Below are positions 38,101-47,065 of a stretch of DNA of 64,000 bases, in pieces (positions within the stretch are counted from its first letter, which is position 1; every line of letters begins with the position of its first letter). A program made the translations under genes and the position numbers. The DNA is from a virus. The DNA is taken from UHGV virus genome UHGV-0033085; one strand, written 5' to 3'. The notes under the pieces were generated by a model, which saw only the letters and a program-made list of their open reading frames with translations, had not been told where the DNA came from and ran no database searches.

Positions 38101-39849
38101 GCCGCAAACGCTAAACAACTGGAAGTGTTGCAGTCGACGGTAGAGGAAAGTTCCGCAGCTGTTGAAGAAATGAAAAAGACGGTTGCAGAGGTCGATCGTG
38201 CCAGTGCAGAACTGACTACGAACATTGAGGCGTTAGCCAAAACAAATATTGACCTGGCTCTTCGTCAAGATGAAGACCAGCACAAGCAGATGGTCAATAA
38301 CGCGAAGATCGCAACAACACAGAAAACCTTTGCTGATGATATGTCTGCAATGGCCACGAAGGTTGAGGAAATTCGCGTAGAAATTGGCGAAGACATTAAG
38401 GCCAGTATTCTGGAAGAGTCCACCGCTCGTGCCGATGGCGATGAAGCGTTGGCAAAGCGTGTCACTCAGCTGCAATCTAAGTTTGAAGGAGATATCAGCG
38501 CGGCGATTAGTACAGAACAGGAGGCTCGTACATCTGCCGATGAAGCTTTGACGAAACAAATAACTCAGCTTGAGTCGAAAGTAAGCAACGATATTGTCGC
38601 AGCCATTAAGGAAGAGCAAGAAGCCCGAGCAACGGAAGATTCGGCTCTGGCAAGCCAGATCACCCAACTTCAGGCAAAAGTTGATGATGATATTTCTGCT
38701 GCAATACGCAGTGAGCAGGAGGCGCGTGCGAGCGGAGACTCTGCGTTAGCTAAACAAATAAACCAGCTTCAAGCAAAAGTTGACGGTGATATATCCGCCG
38801 CCATCACTCAGGAGCAGGAGGCCAGAGCAAGTGCTGACGAGGCGCTCTCACGAGAAATTAACAGCCTGCGAGCACAGACCGGAACTGATATTGCCGCAGC
38901 GGTTGCTGTAGAGACAAAGGCAAGGACTGATGCCGATAGTGCATTGTCCACTCAGATTACGTCTCTTACAGCAAAAGCTAATGATCTCGAGGCATCTCTT
39001 GCCAGAGAAACAACGGCTCGTGCTGATGGTGATACCGCTTTAACAAAAGAGGTTTCAAGTTTAAAAGCACAGACTGCGAAAGATATTAGTGCGGCCGTTG
39101 CAGTTGAAACGCAGGCTCGAACTGATGCTGACTCGGCGTTATCATCTCAGATCACCAAACTGACCTCTCAATACAAAGAGGATATTAAAGCGGCTGTAGC
39201 AACCGAAACGAAAACGCGTACAGAGCAAGATGCGGCACTGGCGACTCAAATCACAAACTTAGAGTCTCAAACAGCAGCCAACATTTCTGCGGCGGTCACA
39301 ACTGAAACGACAGCGAGAACGCAGGCAGATAATGCTCTAAGTGGGCGAATCGACACTCTGAAAGCAGAGGTGGATGGAAATACCGCGACAATTCAACAGC
39401 AGGCAACAGCTATTGCTGATACCAACAAAAAAGTGTCAACCGCGTGGACGTTGAAAATGGAGACTTCAACGAGCGGAGGGCAGAAGTATGTTGCTGGTAT
39501 TGCGCTTGGTATCGACACCACTGGCCTTTCTCAGTTTTTGGTGCAGGCTGACAGGTTTGGTTTGGTCAACTCTGTTAACGGGAAGATCACCACGCCATTT
39601 GTTATCGAAAACAGTATCGCCTATATGAATGGTGCGTATATCAAGGATGGCACAATCACCAATGCAAAAGTAGGCGATCTGCAATCTACCAATTTTGTTA
39701 GCGGTAGATCTGGATGGCGGTTCGGCAAAAATGGAACGCTTGAGATCAACGGTAATAGCGGGGGTAATGGGCGACTGGTCATAAATGGTCAGCGGATTGA
39801 CGTTTATGACGATAACAACGTCCTACGAGTAAGAATTGGCCTTCTGTAA
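35125..39849 (+). CDS. tail tip / host specificity protein (lambda J-like) with C-terminal coiled-coil repeats
   Basis: 1575-aa ORF after the I-like gene; degenerate 27-aa repeats in the C-terminal half. Confidence 0.8.
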   Translation: MEQFKKKKLPLLIAGAGGKKSKSSSRTPVEADDTVNSRAMAAILDLLGEGVIGGLVNGAKSIFIDDLPILNEDGSSNFSGITWDFRDGSQDQTPMAGFDFVETPKSVNIQLKKTHDVTVSIDNDESDRVRVIMKFPSLRSVDKSSGDTNGTTVKYKFQIANGDATFSDVVAEGEKSVDITLTAKKTGVYYRSYELKLPKPGRAYKVRVIRLTDDNSSQYLYNDTWVDSIGEIVDTPMNYPNSALVGLKVNSEQFGSTMPSRSYLVRGIKIRVPSNYNEYTNTYVGVWDGTFKLLSSSNPAWILYDLLTNTRYGLGQFVSESMIDLGQLYQIGRYCDEEVDDGFGGKEKRFAINTQITSRQDAYRLIQDIAGAFRGMVFWAGGMVNIMQDSPSDPVMMFTNSNVKDGLFTYKGSARKDRPSVALVTYNNKEDGYKQNIEYVEDQDAMRRYGERKTEVVAFGCTSRGQAHRVGLWLLYTARMESDVITFTAGLDASFLMPGETVLIQNKYRAGKRNSGRIVEFTKNSITLDAPVSLAKSGSFIRILNQEGKIVERDVLETGENITKVTFSKALSSAETPVLNGVWTITEPDLEPMRVRIVNIAQGETPGSFDITAVENNPSKYEAIDNGATLIPQNTTVLDPTYSKPSNLQITEGTYLSSPGNLSVKLTATWEGKSPEYWISWRRSDENNVSNWQSARVTEEQYEIVNVAENGRYDFQLYAVSFNGKKTEIISTVYQVLGTMTPPDAPTSLTAVGDYRNVILNWVNPDSVDLDHINVYASQTNNLDTAKLIAESASTTFTHAGLGDSETWYYWVRASNKRGMLSPPNSNLGTEATTRDVLSFLAGKITSSELGQALLEDINSKASQEAVDELNEHINQSVESLEGSVNDVKEDIAELDKQFSDNLANFEIKFNERSDALENAQTELKGEVSATIDKVNEAFEKIDATDAAIVEIENTVSEHDKALANTVEAIKAARDEAAALIAKESEARVEGDAANAKQLEVLQSTVEESSAAVEEMKKTVAEVDRASAELTTNIEALAKTNIDLALRQDEDQHKQMVNNAKIATTQKTFADDMSAMATKVEEIRVEIGEDIKASILEESTARADGDEALAKRVTQLQSKFEGDISAAISTEQEARTSADEALTKQITQLESKVSNDIVAAIKEEQEARATEDSALASQITQLQAKVDDDISAAIRSEQEARASGDSALAKQINQLQAKVDGDISAAITQEQEARASADEALSREINSLRAQTGTDIAAAVAVETKARTDADSALSTQITSLTAKANDLEASLARETTARADGDTALTKEVSSLKAQTAKDISAAVAVETQARTDADSALSSQITKLTSQYKEDIKAAVATETKTRTEQDAALATQITNLESQTAANISAAVTTETTARTQADNALSGRIDTLKAEVDGNTATIQQQATAIADTNKKVSTAWTLKMETSTSGGQKYVAGIALGIDTTGLSQFLVQADRFGLVNSVNGKITTPFVIENSIAYMNGAYIKDGTITNAKVGDLQSTNFVSGRSGWRFGKNGTLEINGNSGGNGRLVINGQRIDVYDDNNVLRVRIGLL
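38410..39380 (+). repeat. degenerate tandem 81-bp (27-aa) repeats inside the J-like gene
   Basis: About 12 repeats of the pattern ...TEQEARASADEAL..QI.QLQAKV..DISAAI... Confidence 0.6.
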
Positions 39850-39879
39850 TGTAGAAAAAAATATTTATATCGGTAAAAA

Positions 39880-39897
39880 TAAGTAGGTACATACTTA
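39880..39897. promoter_or_regulatory. TAAGTA box (TAAGTAGGTACATACTTA)
   Basis: Palindromic family member, then GGTGGGC...GCCCACC hairpin, AAGGAG and fibre ATG. Confidence 0.4.
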
Positions 39898-39941
39898 ATG
39901 GTGGGCAAGGATAGCCCACCAAATCAAGGAGCATATTCAAC

Positions 39942-42900
39942 ATGTGGTACAGGGAAGGTACTATCACATTTACACAGGGCAGCAATACTCTGGTTGGGGC
40001 AGGGACAGCCTGGAACGTAACAGCTAATGGTGTGTTGCCGGGGATGATCGTCATTGGCCCCGACAACAAGCTGTATGAGATCAAGCGCGTAACCAGTGAT
40101 ACGAACATTGTTCTCTCAGAACCTTATACCGGCGAAACTCAGTCTGAAGTTCCGTGCCGAATCATTACGACCTATGAAGGCGACTTAACACAGTTTAGCG
40201 CGCGCTTTACTGCACTAATGTCGCGTATGTCGGCTGATTCAAAGTCCATGCGCAGTTGGTTGACTGCTCTGGATGAGGTGACAATCGAGCGTGAAGACGG
40301 TACAGAAGTGACCGTTAAGCCGCTAATGCAGATCGTCAACGAGCACAACGAAAACGTTGAGTGGTATAAAAATAACACTGACGCGATTAATGCTGCTGGC
40401 GACAAAGCTCGTGAGGCGGCGGCCAGTGCTGCCGCAGCAGCCGAAAGCGCCAATACCGCTGGAGAAAAAGCCTCTCAAGCGTCTCAAAGTGCATCCGCTG
40501 CGGCATCTTCACAAAGTGCTGCAAGTGCGAGTGCAACTGCTGCGAAAAAATCTGAAACGAACGCAGAATCAGCACATCTAGCGGCAGCAGAATCAGCGTC
40601 TGTAGCGTCGACCAAAGCATCGGAGGCAGCAACATCTGCGTCCAGTGCCTCTGCATCTAAGGATGCAGCCAAAGCATCAGAGACTAACGCTTCATCGAGT
40701 GCAAACGCGGCTGCATCATTTGCAACAGAAGCTGAAAATTCGTCTAAGGCAGCAAAAGCGTCAGAGACAAACGCAAAAGCATCTGAAACGGCAGCCGGGC
40801 AGAGTGCATCGTCTGCAAACAGTTCGAAATCTGCGGCAGAAGCGTCAGCAAGCGCAGCCTCAGCAAGTGCGGATAGTGCTTCATCAAGTGCAACTGCGGC
40901 AGGAAAATCTGCGGATAGTGCATCGTCATCAGCGACAATAGCTACCACAAAAGCGACAGAGGCGACAAGTCAGGCTACAGCTGCTAAAAATTCAGCATCG
41001 GCAGCAAAAACCTCTGAAACAAATGCAAAGGTCTCAGAAGACAATGCGGCTTCCTCTAAGGCGGCAGCTGCTGAATCTGCAAGTTCTGCGTCTGCATCAG
41101 CCACCTCAGCATCCGCTTCAAAAGATGAGGCGACCAAGCAGGCATCAGCAGCGAAGGGTAGTGCTTCAACGGCATCCACGAAAGCAACAGAGGCGGCAGG
41201 TAGTGCGACGGCTGCATCTCAGAGCAAAGCTGCTGCTGAATCCGCTGCGACCCGTGCAGAAGCTGCCGCTGATCGTGCTGAAGAGATCGCCGGTGCAGTT
41301 GCGATGGAAGACGCAAGCCTTACCACCAAAGGTGTTGTGAAACTTAGCAGTGCTGTCGATAGCACCAGTGAATCGCTGGCCGCAACGCCAAAGGCAGTTA
41401 AAGCAGTCAATGACAATGCGAACAGCAGGGTGCCATCTAACCGAAAAATTAACGGGAAAGCACTGACTGCGGATATCACATTAACGCCGAAAGATATTGG
41501 TACTTTAAATTCAATAACGATGTCTTTCTCTGGCGGGGCCGGGTGGTTCAAACTGGCTACTGTTACAATGCCACAAGCGAGTTCCATCGTTTACATCGCA
41601 TTGATTGGTGGCGCTGGTTACAACGTCGGCTCCCCACATCAGGCAGGCATTTCAGAACTGGTTCTACGAGCAGGCAATGGAAACCCCAAAGGGATTACAG
41701 GTGCTTTGTGGAAGCGTACAGCTGTCGGATTAACGAATTTCGCCTGGATCAACACATCCGGCGATACATATGATATTTACGTTGAAATTGGCAATTATGC
41801 GACGAGTGTAAATATCCATTGGGATTGTACTGCAGATGCGTCAGTTTCTATTTATACATCGCCAACATATTCAGCGAGTAAGCCTTCCAGCGTTACCGAT
41901 GGTGTTGTTTATACGATGTATAGCACACATCAGAAACCTACACCATCAGATATTGGAGCACTGCCAACAACCGGAGGAACAGTTTCAGGTCCGTTGTCTG
42001 TTACAGGTGGATTAACTGGTTCATTGAATGGTAATGCAAGTACAGCCACGAAATTGCAGACGGCAAGATCTATCGGTGGAGTTGTTTTCGACGGTTCTGC
42101 AAATATTAACCTTCCAGGTGTAAACACTACGGGTAATCAGAACACTACTGGTAATGCTGCAACTGCTACAAAACTTCAGACTGCAAGAAAAATATCCGGT
42201 GTTCCATTTGATGGTTCTACTGATATCACTTTAACCGCTGCGCATGTTGCCGCTTTCGCAAGAAGGGCAACAGGGTCATATGCGGATGCTGATGGTGGCG
42301 TTCCCTGGAATGCCGAATCAGGCGCTTACAATGTCACCAGCTCTGGCGAAAGCTATATTCTGGTTAACTTCTATACCGGAGTCGGAAGTTGCCGCACCCT
42401 GCAGATGAAGGCACATTACAGAAATAGAGGTCTGTTCTACCGTTCTTCAAGAGACGGTTATGGTTTTGAAAGTGGTTGGGAGCAGGTTTACACGACTGGA
42501 TTTATGCCTCAGCCGGCTGATATAAACGCACCAACCGCTGCCGCTGGATGGTTAAATAGTGGTAACGGAACGGCATTTACGACTGCTCAATTTATAACTT
42601 GGCTAAATAATCAGGGGGCATTTACAAACAAACATTGGATCGCACGGTGCTCATGGACTTACGCCAACAATAATTATATAGACGACACTGGTTGCGGTAG
42701 GATCGATCTATCTGGTTCCGTGATTGAGGTGTTTAGTAATAAGGCAACAAGCCACTACACTATTCGTGTTACAACGACAACAACATCAGGTCATGGTGGT
42801 GTTAATAATGCGGAATTTATTTATGTGTACAATGGGAGTGATTATGCGCCAGGCTGGCGTCGTTCTTATAACACTAGAAACAAACCAACAGCTTCTGATG

Positions 42901-43841
42901 TAGGAGCATTACCGCTTTCAGGTGGCACATTATCTGGAGGGTTGACGTCTTCTGGTGAGATCGTTTCAAAATATGCAAATGGTTTCCGCATTGCTTACGG
43001 TAACTATGGGTTCTTTATCCGTAATGACGGCGGAAGCACATATTTCATGCTAACAGCATCAGGAGACACATTAGGTTCATGGAACGGTTTGCGACCTATT
43101 ACAATTAATAATACCAGCGGTGCTGTATCAATTGGTAATGGACTAAATGTTACTGGTGGCGTAAATGGTAGTTTGAACGGTAATGCTTCAACAGCCACAA
43201 AATTGCAGACAGCAAGGAAAATTGCTGGTGTGGCGTTTGATGGCTCTGCCGATATTACTTTGACTGCGGCTAACCTTAATGCTTATACGAAAACAGAGGT
43301 AACAAACCTTCTAAGTTCCTATGCAAGCAGATCATCACTGACAGGCTATAGTGGCAACCTGGATATTATTGCTGAAACACTGGTTGTCAAATCAGGCGGT
43401 AGTGGAGGGTTTGCTATATGGGATATTGGCACAACTACTAGCGGTGCCAATATGTACATTGATCCAAACCCAGGTATCAATACAGTTTGGCGTTCAACAT
43501 CTTCAAGGCGCTATAAAAAGGAAATTGAAACATTACAAGATCGATATGCTGATGAACTTTTGTCATTAAGACCTGTTTGGTATCGTTCAATTTGTCGAGG
43601 TGACCGAAAGGATTGGGGGTATTACGGCCTTATTGCTGAAGAGGTTGGTGAGATTGCCCCGCAATATGTCCATTGGCGTGAACCAACAAATAATGATTCT
43701 CCAGAAGATATTTCCTCAAATGGTATGGTCGCTGAAGGGGTGATGTATGAGCGTTTGGTTGTACCACTCATTCATCATATTCAGCAATTGACCAAAAGGG
43801 TTGAGGAGCTTGAAACGAAGTTAAATTCACCTAAAGAATAA
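39942..43841 (+). CDS. tail fibre protein with Ala/Ser-rich repeats and C-terminal intramolecular chaperone (peptidase S74-like)
   Basis: Low-complexity A/S/E/T/K repeat region; C-terminal ...YGLIAEEV... block typical of self-cleaving chaperone domains. Confidence 0.8.
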   Translation: MWYREGTITFTQGSNTLVGAGTAWNVTANGVLPGMIVIGPDNKLYEIKRVTSDTNIVLSEPYTGETQSEVPCRIITTYEGDLTQFSARFTALMSRMSADSKSMRSWLTALDEVTIEREDGTEVTVKPLMQIVNEHNENVEWYKNNTDAINAAGDKAREAAASAAAAAESANTAGEKASQASQSASAAASSQSAASASATAAKKSETNAESAHLAAAESASVASTKASEAATSASSASASKDAAKASETNASSSANAAASFATEAENSSKAAKASETNAKASETAAGQSASSANSSKSAAEASASAASASADSASSSATAAGKSADSASSSATIATTKATEATSQATAAKNSASAAKTSETNAKVSEDNAASSKAAAAESASSASASATSASASKDEATKQASAAKGSASTASTKATEAAGSATAASQSKAAAESAATRAEAAADRAEEIAGAVAMEDASLTTKGVVKLSSAVDSTSESLAATPKAVKAVNDNANSRVPSNRKINGKALTADITLTPKDIGTLNSITMSFSGGAGWFKLATVTMPQASSIVYIALIGGAGYNVGSPHQAGISELVLRAGNGNPKGITGALWKRTAVGLTNFAWINTSGDTYDIYVEIGNYATSVNIHWDCTADASVSIYTSPTYSASKPSSVTDGVVYTMYSTHQKPTPSDIGALPTTGGTVSGPLSVTGGLTGSLNGNASTATKLQTARSIGGVVFDGSANINLPGVNTTGNQNTTGNAATATKLQTARKISGVPFDGSTDITLTAAHVAAFARRATGSYADADGGVPWNAESGAYNVTSSGESYILVNFYTGVGSCRTLQMKAHYRNRGLFYRSSRDGYGFESGWEQVYTTGFMPQPADINAPTAAAGWLNSGNGTAFTTAQFITWLNNQGAFTNKHWIARCSWTYANNNYIDDTGCGRIDLSGSVIEVFSNKATSHYTIRVTTTTTSGHGGVNNAEFIYVYNGSDYAPGWRRSYNTRNKPTASDVGALPLSGGTLSGGLTSSGEIVSKYANGFRIAYGNYGFFIRNDGGSTYFMLTASGDTLGSWNGLRPITINNTSGAVSIGNGLNVTGGVNGSLNGNASTATKLQTARKIAGVAFDGSADITLTAANLNAYTKTEVTNLLSSYASRSSLTGYSGNLDIIAETLVVKSGGSGGFAIWDIGTTTSGANMYIDPNPGINTVWRSTSSRRYKKEIETLQDRYADELLSLRPVWYRSICRGDRKDWGYYGLIAEEVGEIAPQYVHWREPTNNDSPEDISSNGMVAEGVMYERLVVPLIHHIQQLTKRVEELETKLNSPKE
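40390..41300 (+). repeat. low-complexity Ala/Ser-rich coding repeats in tail fibre gene
   Basis: Reiterated SETNAKASE-like units; source of many spurious overlapping ORFs. Confidence 0.6.
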
Positions 43842-43853
43842 ACAACTTCAATC

Positions 43854-43881
43854 GGGGCTGGAACTAAACCAGCCCCTGCTT
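43854..43881 (+). terminator. hairpin after tail fibre gene (weak terminator)
   Basis: GGGGCTGG-N7-CCAGCCCC followed by TGCTT. Confidence 0.4.
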
Positions 43882-43901
43882 AAAAGTATAAGGATATATT
43901 T

Positions 43902-44156
43902 ATGAGCTATGGTGCACAGGTATGGTCGCCATCAAGACAGGAGATGGTCGATGCGTTGGCCCCTGTTTATTACCTCGATTATTTTACTCCCTCTGGTTCT
44001 GGAAGTAGAACATATGAGGTTGAGGCGGGATTGGGAATCGACTATTACATAATGGACGTAACCAATGGGAAATACACAAGTCTTACGGTTTCTGGAAATA
44101 CCATTTCATGGTCTGGAGCTAGTGGCAATTTAAACATATTGGTTTTTCAAAAATAA
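43902..44156 (+). CDS. hypothetical small protein
   Basis: ORF with AAGGA RBS; first of three coupled small genes after the fibre. Confidence 0.4.
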   Translation: MSYGAQVWSPSRQEMVDALAPVYYLDYFTPSGSGSRTYEVEAGLGIDYYIMDVTNGKYTSLTVSGNTISWSGASGNLNILVFQK

Positions 44157-44458
44157 TGTACGGAAGCAAGATATATCGATCTGACGGGAAGGTCTGGATG
44201 TCTCCTTCTTTGTCTCCTATCGTTTTTCAGAGAAAGCAGGTTGTTTCTTTGTCTGGCGGGACAGAGTTTAACACCCAAATATCTCCAGATCGTTCACCGA
44301 TGATTTTTGTTGCCTATTCGAAAGCTGTTTCATTAATAGCCAACAGAATAGTGCGTAACAACCAGGTGATTTACAGTTTCGGAGGTCAGGGTAGCGACTC
44401 TAGTGCCACGATATACGTATTTTCGAAAGGTATAGCCAAAAAGAAACTTGGGGCATGA
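44156..44458 (+). CDS. hypothetical small protein
   Basis: ORF; start overlaps upstream stop. Confidence 0.4.
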   Translation: MYGSKIYRSDGKVWMSPSLSPIVFQRKQVVSLSGGTEFNTQISPDRSPMIFVAYSKAVSLIANRIVRNNQVIYSFGGQGSDSSATIYVFSKGIAKKKLGA

Positions 44459-44763
44459 GTTTTTTCAATGCGCGAGGAGAGGAGATCTATAATACGGCAA
44501 ATATCCCACTTTCATTTACCTTTCTTAATAATACGGAGTGGAACAGTTCTGGAGGGCATGTTTTTGATTACCCGCCAGCGATAATCCCAACATATGCAAA
44601 TGTGTTCGCGGTTCCAGTACCGGGCGGGGCCATGACAATGGTTTATGGATATGCGGCATATGGAAATACTGTTAGTTCCATATTCGTAAACCAACTTAAT
44701 GGCGGCCATAGTTTTAGCGTAAATGGCAGAGTACCGGTAATAAATAGAAATCTGTATAACTGA
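44455..44763 (+). CDS. hypothetical small protein
   Basis: ORF; ATGA overlap with upstream gene. Confidence 0.4.
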   Translation: MSFFNARGEEIYNTANIPLSFTFLNNTEWNSSGGHVFDYPPAIIPTYANVFAVPVPGGAMTMVYGYAAYGNTVSSIFVNQLNGGHSFSVNGRVPVINRNLYN

Positions 44764-44773
44764 TGAGTAAACG

Positions 44774-45004
44774 ATGAAAAGATTATTTCTAACAATAGCT
44801 GTTGTTCTCTCTCTTACTGGCTGTCAGAAATTGCCGACACCCATATGTTATGGTGAGGCTATCATTGGTGGACAGGAGACAGTCATACCTATATATGCTG
44901 TTAAAAAGGTTAACGGCTATACCTTATACAAAGCGGGTAGCATCTATAACTGGCGATGGGTTGGAGTAGGTGCTTTCTCATCAGTGCGTTGCAATGCTGA
45001 ATGA
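44774..45004 (+). CDS. small lipoprotein
   Basis: Signal peptide with lipobox LSLTGC; 76 aa. Confidence 0.55.
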   Translation: MKRLFLTIAVVLSLTGCQKLPTPICYGEAIIGGQETVIPIYAVKKVNGYTLYKAGSIYNWRWVGVGAFSSVRCNAE

Positions 45005-45014
45005 TAAGTAAGTA
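45003..45014 (+). promoter_or_regulatory. TAAGTA box (GATAAGTAAGTA)
   Basis: Consensus copy overlapping the lipoprotein stop, 70 nt upstream of the lysis cluster. Confidence 0.4.
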
Positions 45015-45085
45015 CACACCTACAACAAAAGGGTGAAATGTGATATAAATCCGCCATCCCGATTTGACTTTTCATGGAGGAAAAC

Positions 45086-45409
45086 ATGTCGAACGAGATG
45101 GCGGGCGTTACAACAGAGCAAGTTGAGCGTATTGCCGCGATCGTTGCTCGGGAGGTTGTTGGCAAATTAGGTAAAGAGCTACGTGAAGAAATTGGCCAGG
45201 AGGTCAACGACCAGCTCAAAACCTACTTTGGCGATATGACGCCTTCGCAACACAGCATTCAGCACTCCAACCTGGACAAACTACTTAATCGGCTAGACGC
45301 CATCTCCAGCGGGTTCTTTGGCGGCATTATCTCAAAGATAACGTCGTTCCTGATTACCGCGCTGCTGCTGGGTCTGGCCGCTTATGGCGTGAAGAATGGA
45401 CTGCAATAA
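45086..45409 (+). CDS. tail-anchored membrane protein, possible holin
   Basis: ORF track 45074..45409; ATG 45086 with GGAGGA RBS; single C-terminal TM helix. Confidence 0.35.
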   Translation: MSNEMAGVTTEQVERIAAIVAREVVGKLGKELREEIGQEVNDQLKTYFGDMTPSQHSIQHSNLDKLLNRLDAISSGFFGGIISKITSFLITALLLGLAAYGVKNGLQ

Positions 45410-45422
45410 CAGGAGATCAAGG

Positions 45423-46115
45423 ATGAAAACTCCGAGAGGCATTCGTAATAACAACCCTGGCAACCTCGACAAAGGTTCGCCGTGGCAGGGGCTAATCGAC
45501 AACCCTGCCGAACCGCGCTTTTGCACGTTTAAAGACCCTGTTTGGGGGATTCGTGCGCTGGCGGTGACTCTAATTACCTACCACGATAAACGTCGCGCAA
45601 AAGACGGCACAAGTATCGATACCATTCGTGAAGTTATTGAACGCTGGGCACCGCCGAATGAAAACAATACTGACGCCTACATTAATGAGGTGTCTAAAGC
45701 CGTTGGTGTAACCGCAGACATGATCATCGATCTGCATGATTACGACATCCTTCGACCTTTGGTTGAGGCAATCATTCGCCACGAGAATGGCCGAGGCCCG
45801 CTAAAAACGCTGAACACCTGGTATGCGGCAGAAGTTATTGAGGAAGGTCTGCGTCGAGCTGGCGTTGTTAAGCCGGTGAAAACCGTGAAGGCTGTTCCTG
45901 TAACTAAAGAAACCGCAGGCGCAACTGTTACAGCAGGTATTGGTCTGGCGCAGCTGGCCGATGTTATGCCGCAGGTTTCCGCTGCTATGGATAAAGCACA
46001 AGGTCATATCTCTAGCGGGGATACAGTACGCATCATCTTCGGTATTGCCACTATTGTTGTGGCAGGATTCATTGCCTGGTCGCAGGTAAGAAAACACCAG
46101 AAAGGGATGGTCTAA
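45423..46115 (+). CDS. membrane-anchored protein, possible endolysin
   Basis: ORF track 45396..46115; ATG 45423 with AGGAG RBS; C-terminal TM helix; role inferred from position only. Confidence 0.35.
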   Translation: MKTPRGIRNNNPGNLDKGSPWQGLIDNPAEPRFCTFKDPVWGIRALAVTLITYHDKRRAKDGTSIDTIREVIERWAPPNENNTDAYINEVSKAVGVTADMIIDLHDYDILRPLVEAIIRHENGRGPLKTLNTWYAAEVIEEGLRRAGVVKPVKTVKAVPVTKETAGATVTAGIGLAQLADVMPQVSAAMDKAQGHISSGDTVRIIFGIATIVVAGFIAWSQVRKHQKGMV

Positions 46116-46116
46116 T

Positions 46117-46368
46117 ATGCTAGGCAGCCTGATGACAAAGCTAAAAGTTGCTTTGATTACGCTGGCTGCCGTTCTTTTCGTTCTTGTCGGCGCTTACACG
46201 ATGGGCGGGAATGCGGCGCGACGAGCAATGGAAGAGAAGGCAAAACAGGAAGACAGAAAACGACTTCAAAGCACAGTGGAAGTGGTGAATGAGACGAGCA
46301 ATAAAATACGTCAGAAAGATGCTTCTGCCGTTCATCGTGAGTTGTATGATAAGTGGGTGCGTCATTAA
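46117..46368 (+). CDS. i-spanin-like protein (Rz-like)
   Basis: N-terminal TM helix then charged helical region. Confidence 0.45.
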   Translation: MLGSLMTKLKVALITLAAVLFVLVGAYTMGGNAARRAMEEKAKQEDRKRLQSTVEVVNETSNKIRQKDASAVHRELYDKWVRH

Positions 46369-46504
46369 ACCACAAACAGCCAGCGTGTTGTTCTGCGATG
46401 GGGCTGAGCCTATCTATATCAGCAATAATGATGTAATGACTGAAGAAACCGAACGCCAAATCCTTTTTCACAATACGATGGGAGAGAGGGTTTGTGGTTG
46501 GTGA
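46289..46504 (+). CDS. o-spanin-like lipoprotein (Rz1-like), out of frame with upstream gene
   Basis: Lipobox MISGC; overlaps the 3-prime end of the Rz-like gene; true start may be ATG 46319. Confidence 0.45.
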   Translation: MRRAIKYVRKMLLPFIVSCMISGCVIKPQTASVLFCDGAEPIYISNNDVMTEETERQILFHNTMGERVCGW

Positions 46505-46536
46505 TGTCGAAGTTCCCCTCAAATGAGGGGAACACA

Positions 46537-47058
46537 TTATTCTTCGAACAATTTTTCGATAGATTTTGTAGGATAGAACAAAGAACGCTCGTTGTTACCA
46601 ACCAGCTGGATAAAGTCTAAACTTTTATAAAACGCCTTGGCTTTGTCATTTAACGCCTCAACGAAAAGTCCATGAATGCCTACAGCAAGAGATGCATTGT
46701 ACACAACGCGCATTGCATGTGTTACAAGCATTGAGCCAAATCCTTGACCTTGAAGGGACTTGTCCAAAGCCAGCCTACCCAAAGTAACACTTGGAACATT
46801 CCGATAAGGTACCTTCTTTTGCTGGCTTCTTGAAGGTAAGGACTCCTTTTCAAAGCAGCTACCTGACAAAGTGTAATACCCTAACACTTTTGGTCTGCCT
46901 TCTTTCGTGCAGAGCACATAAGCGCGAAGAATTTTTCCCTCATGCTGCCTTTTTAAGTGGTTGGTTAAAAAGGCATTTAGTGATTCTTCACCGCAATCAA
47001 AACCATTCAAATCATAATCTTTCTCTCCAGAGAAAATTTCTATCTTTATATTATCCAC
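46537..47058 (-). CDS. GNAT-family toxin (TacT-like)
   Basis: GNAT motifs; paired with DUF1778-like antitoxin. Confidence 0.8.
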   Translation of the reverse strand: MDNIKIEIFSGEKDYDLNGFDCGEESLNAFLTNHLKRQHEGKILRAYVLCTKEGRPKVLGYYTLSGSCFEKESLPSRSQQKKVPYRNVPSVTLGRLALDKSLQGQGFGSMLVTHAMRVVYNASLAVGIHGLFVEALNDKAKAFYKSLDFIQLVGNNERSLFYPTKSIEKLFEE

Positions 47059-47065
47059 GAGTAAA

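Noticed and set aside
40172-41587. Cluster of ORFs (for example 40484..40948 minus, 41023..41340 plus) inside the tail fibre gene
   Set aside because: Artefacts of the Ala/Ser-rich codon repeats, which keep several frames open.
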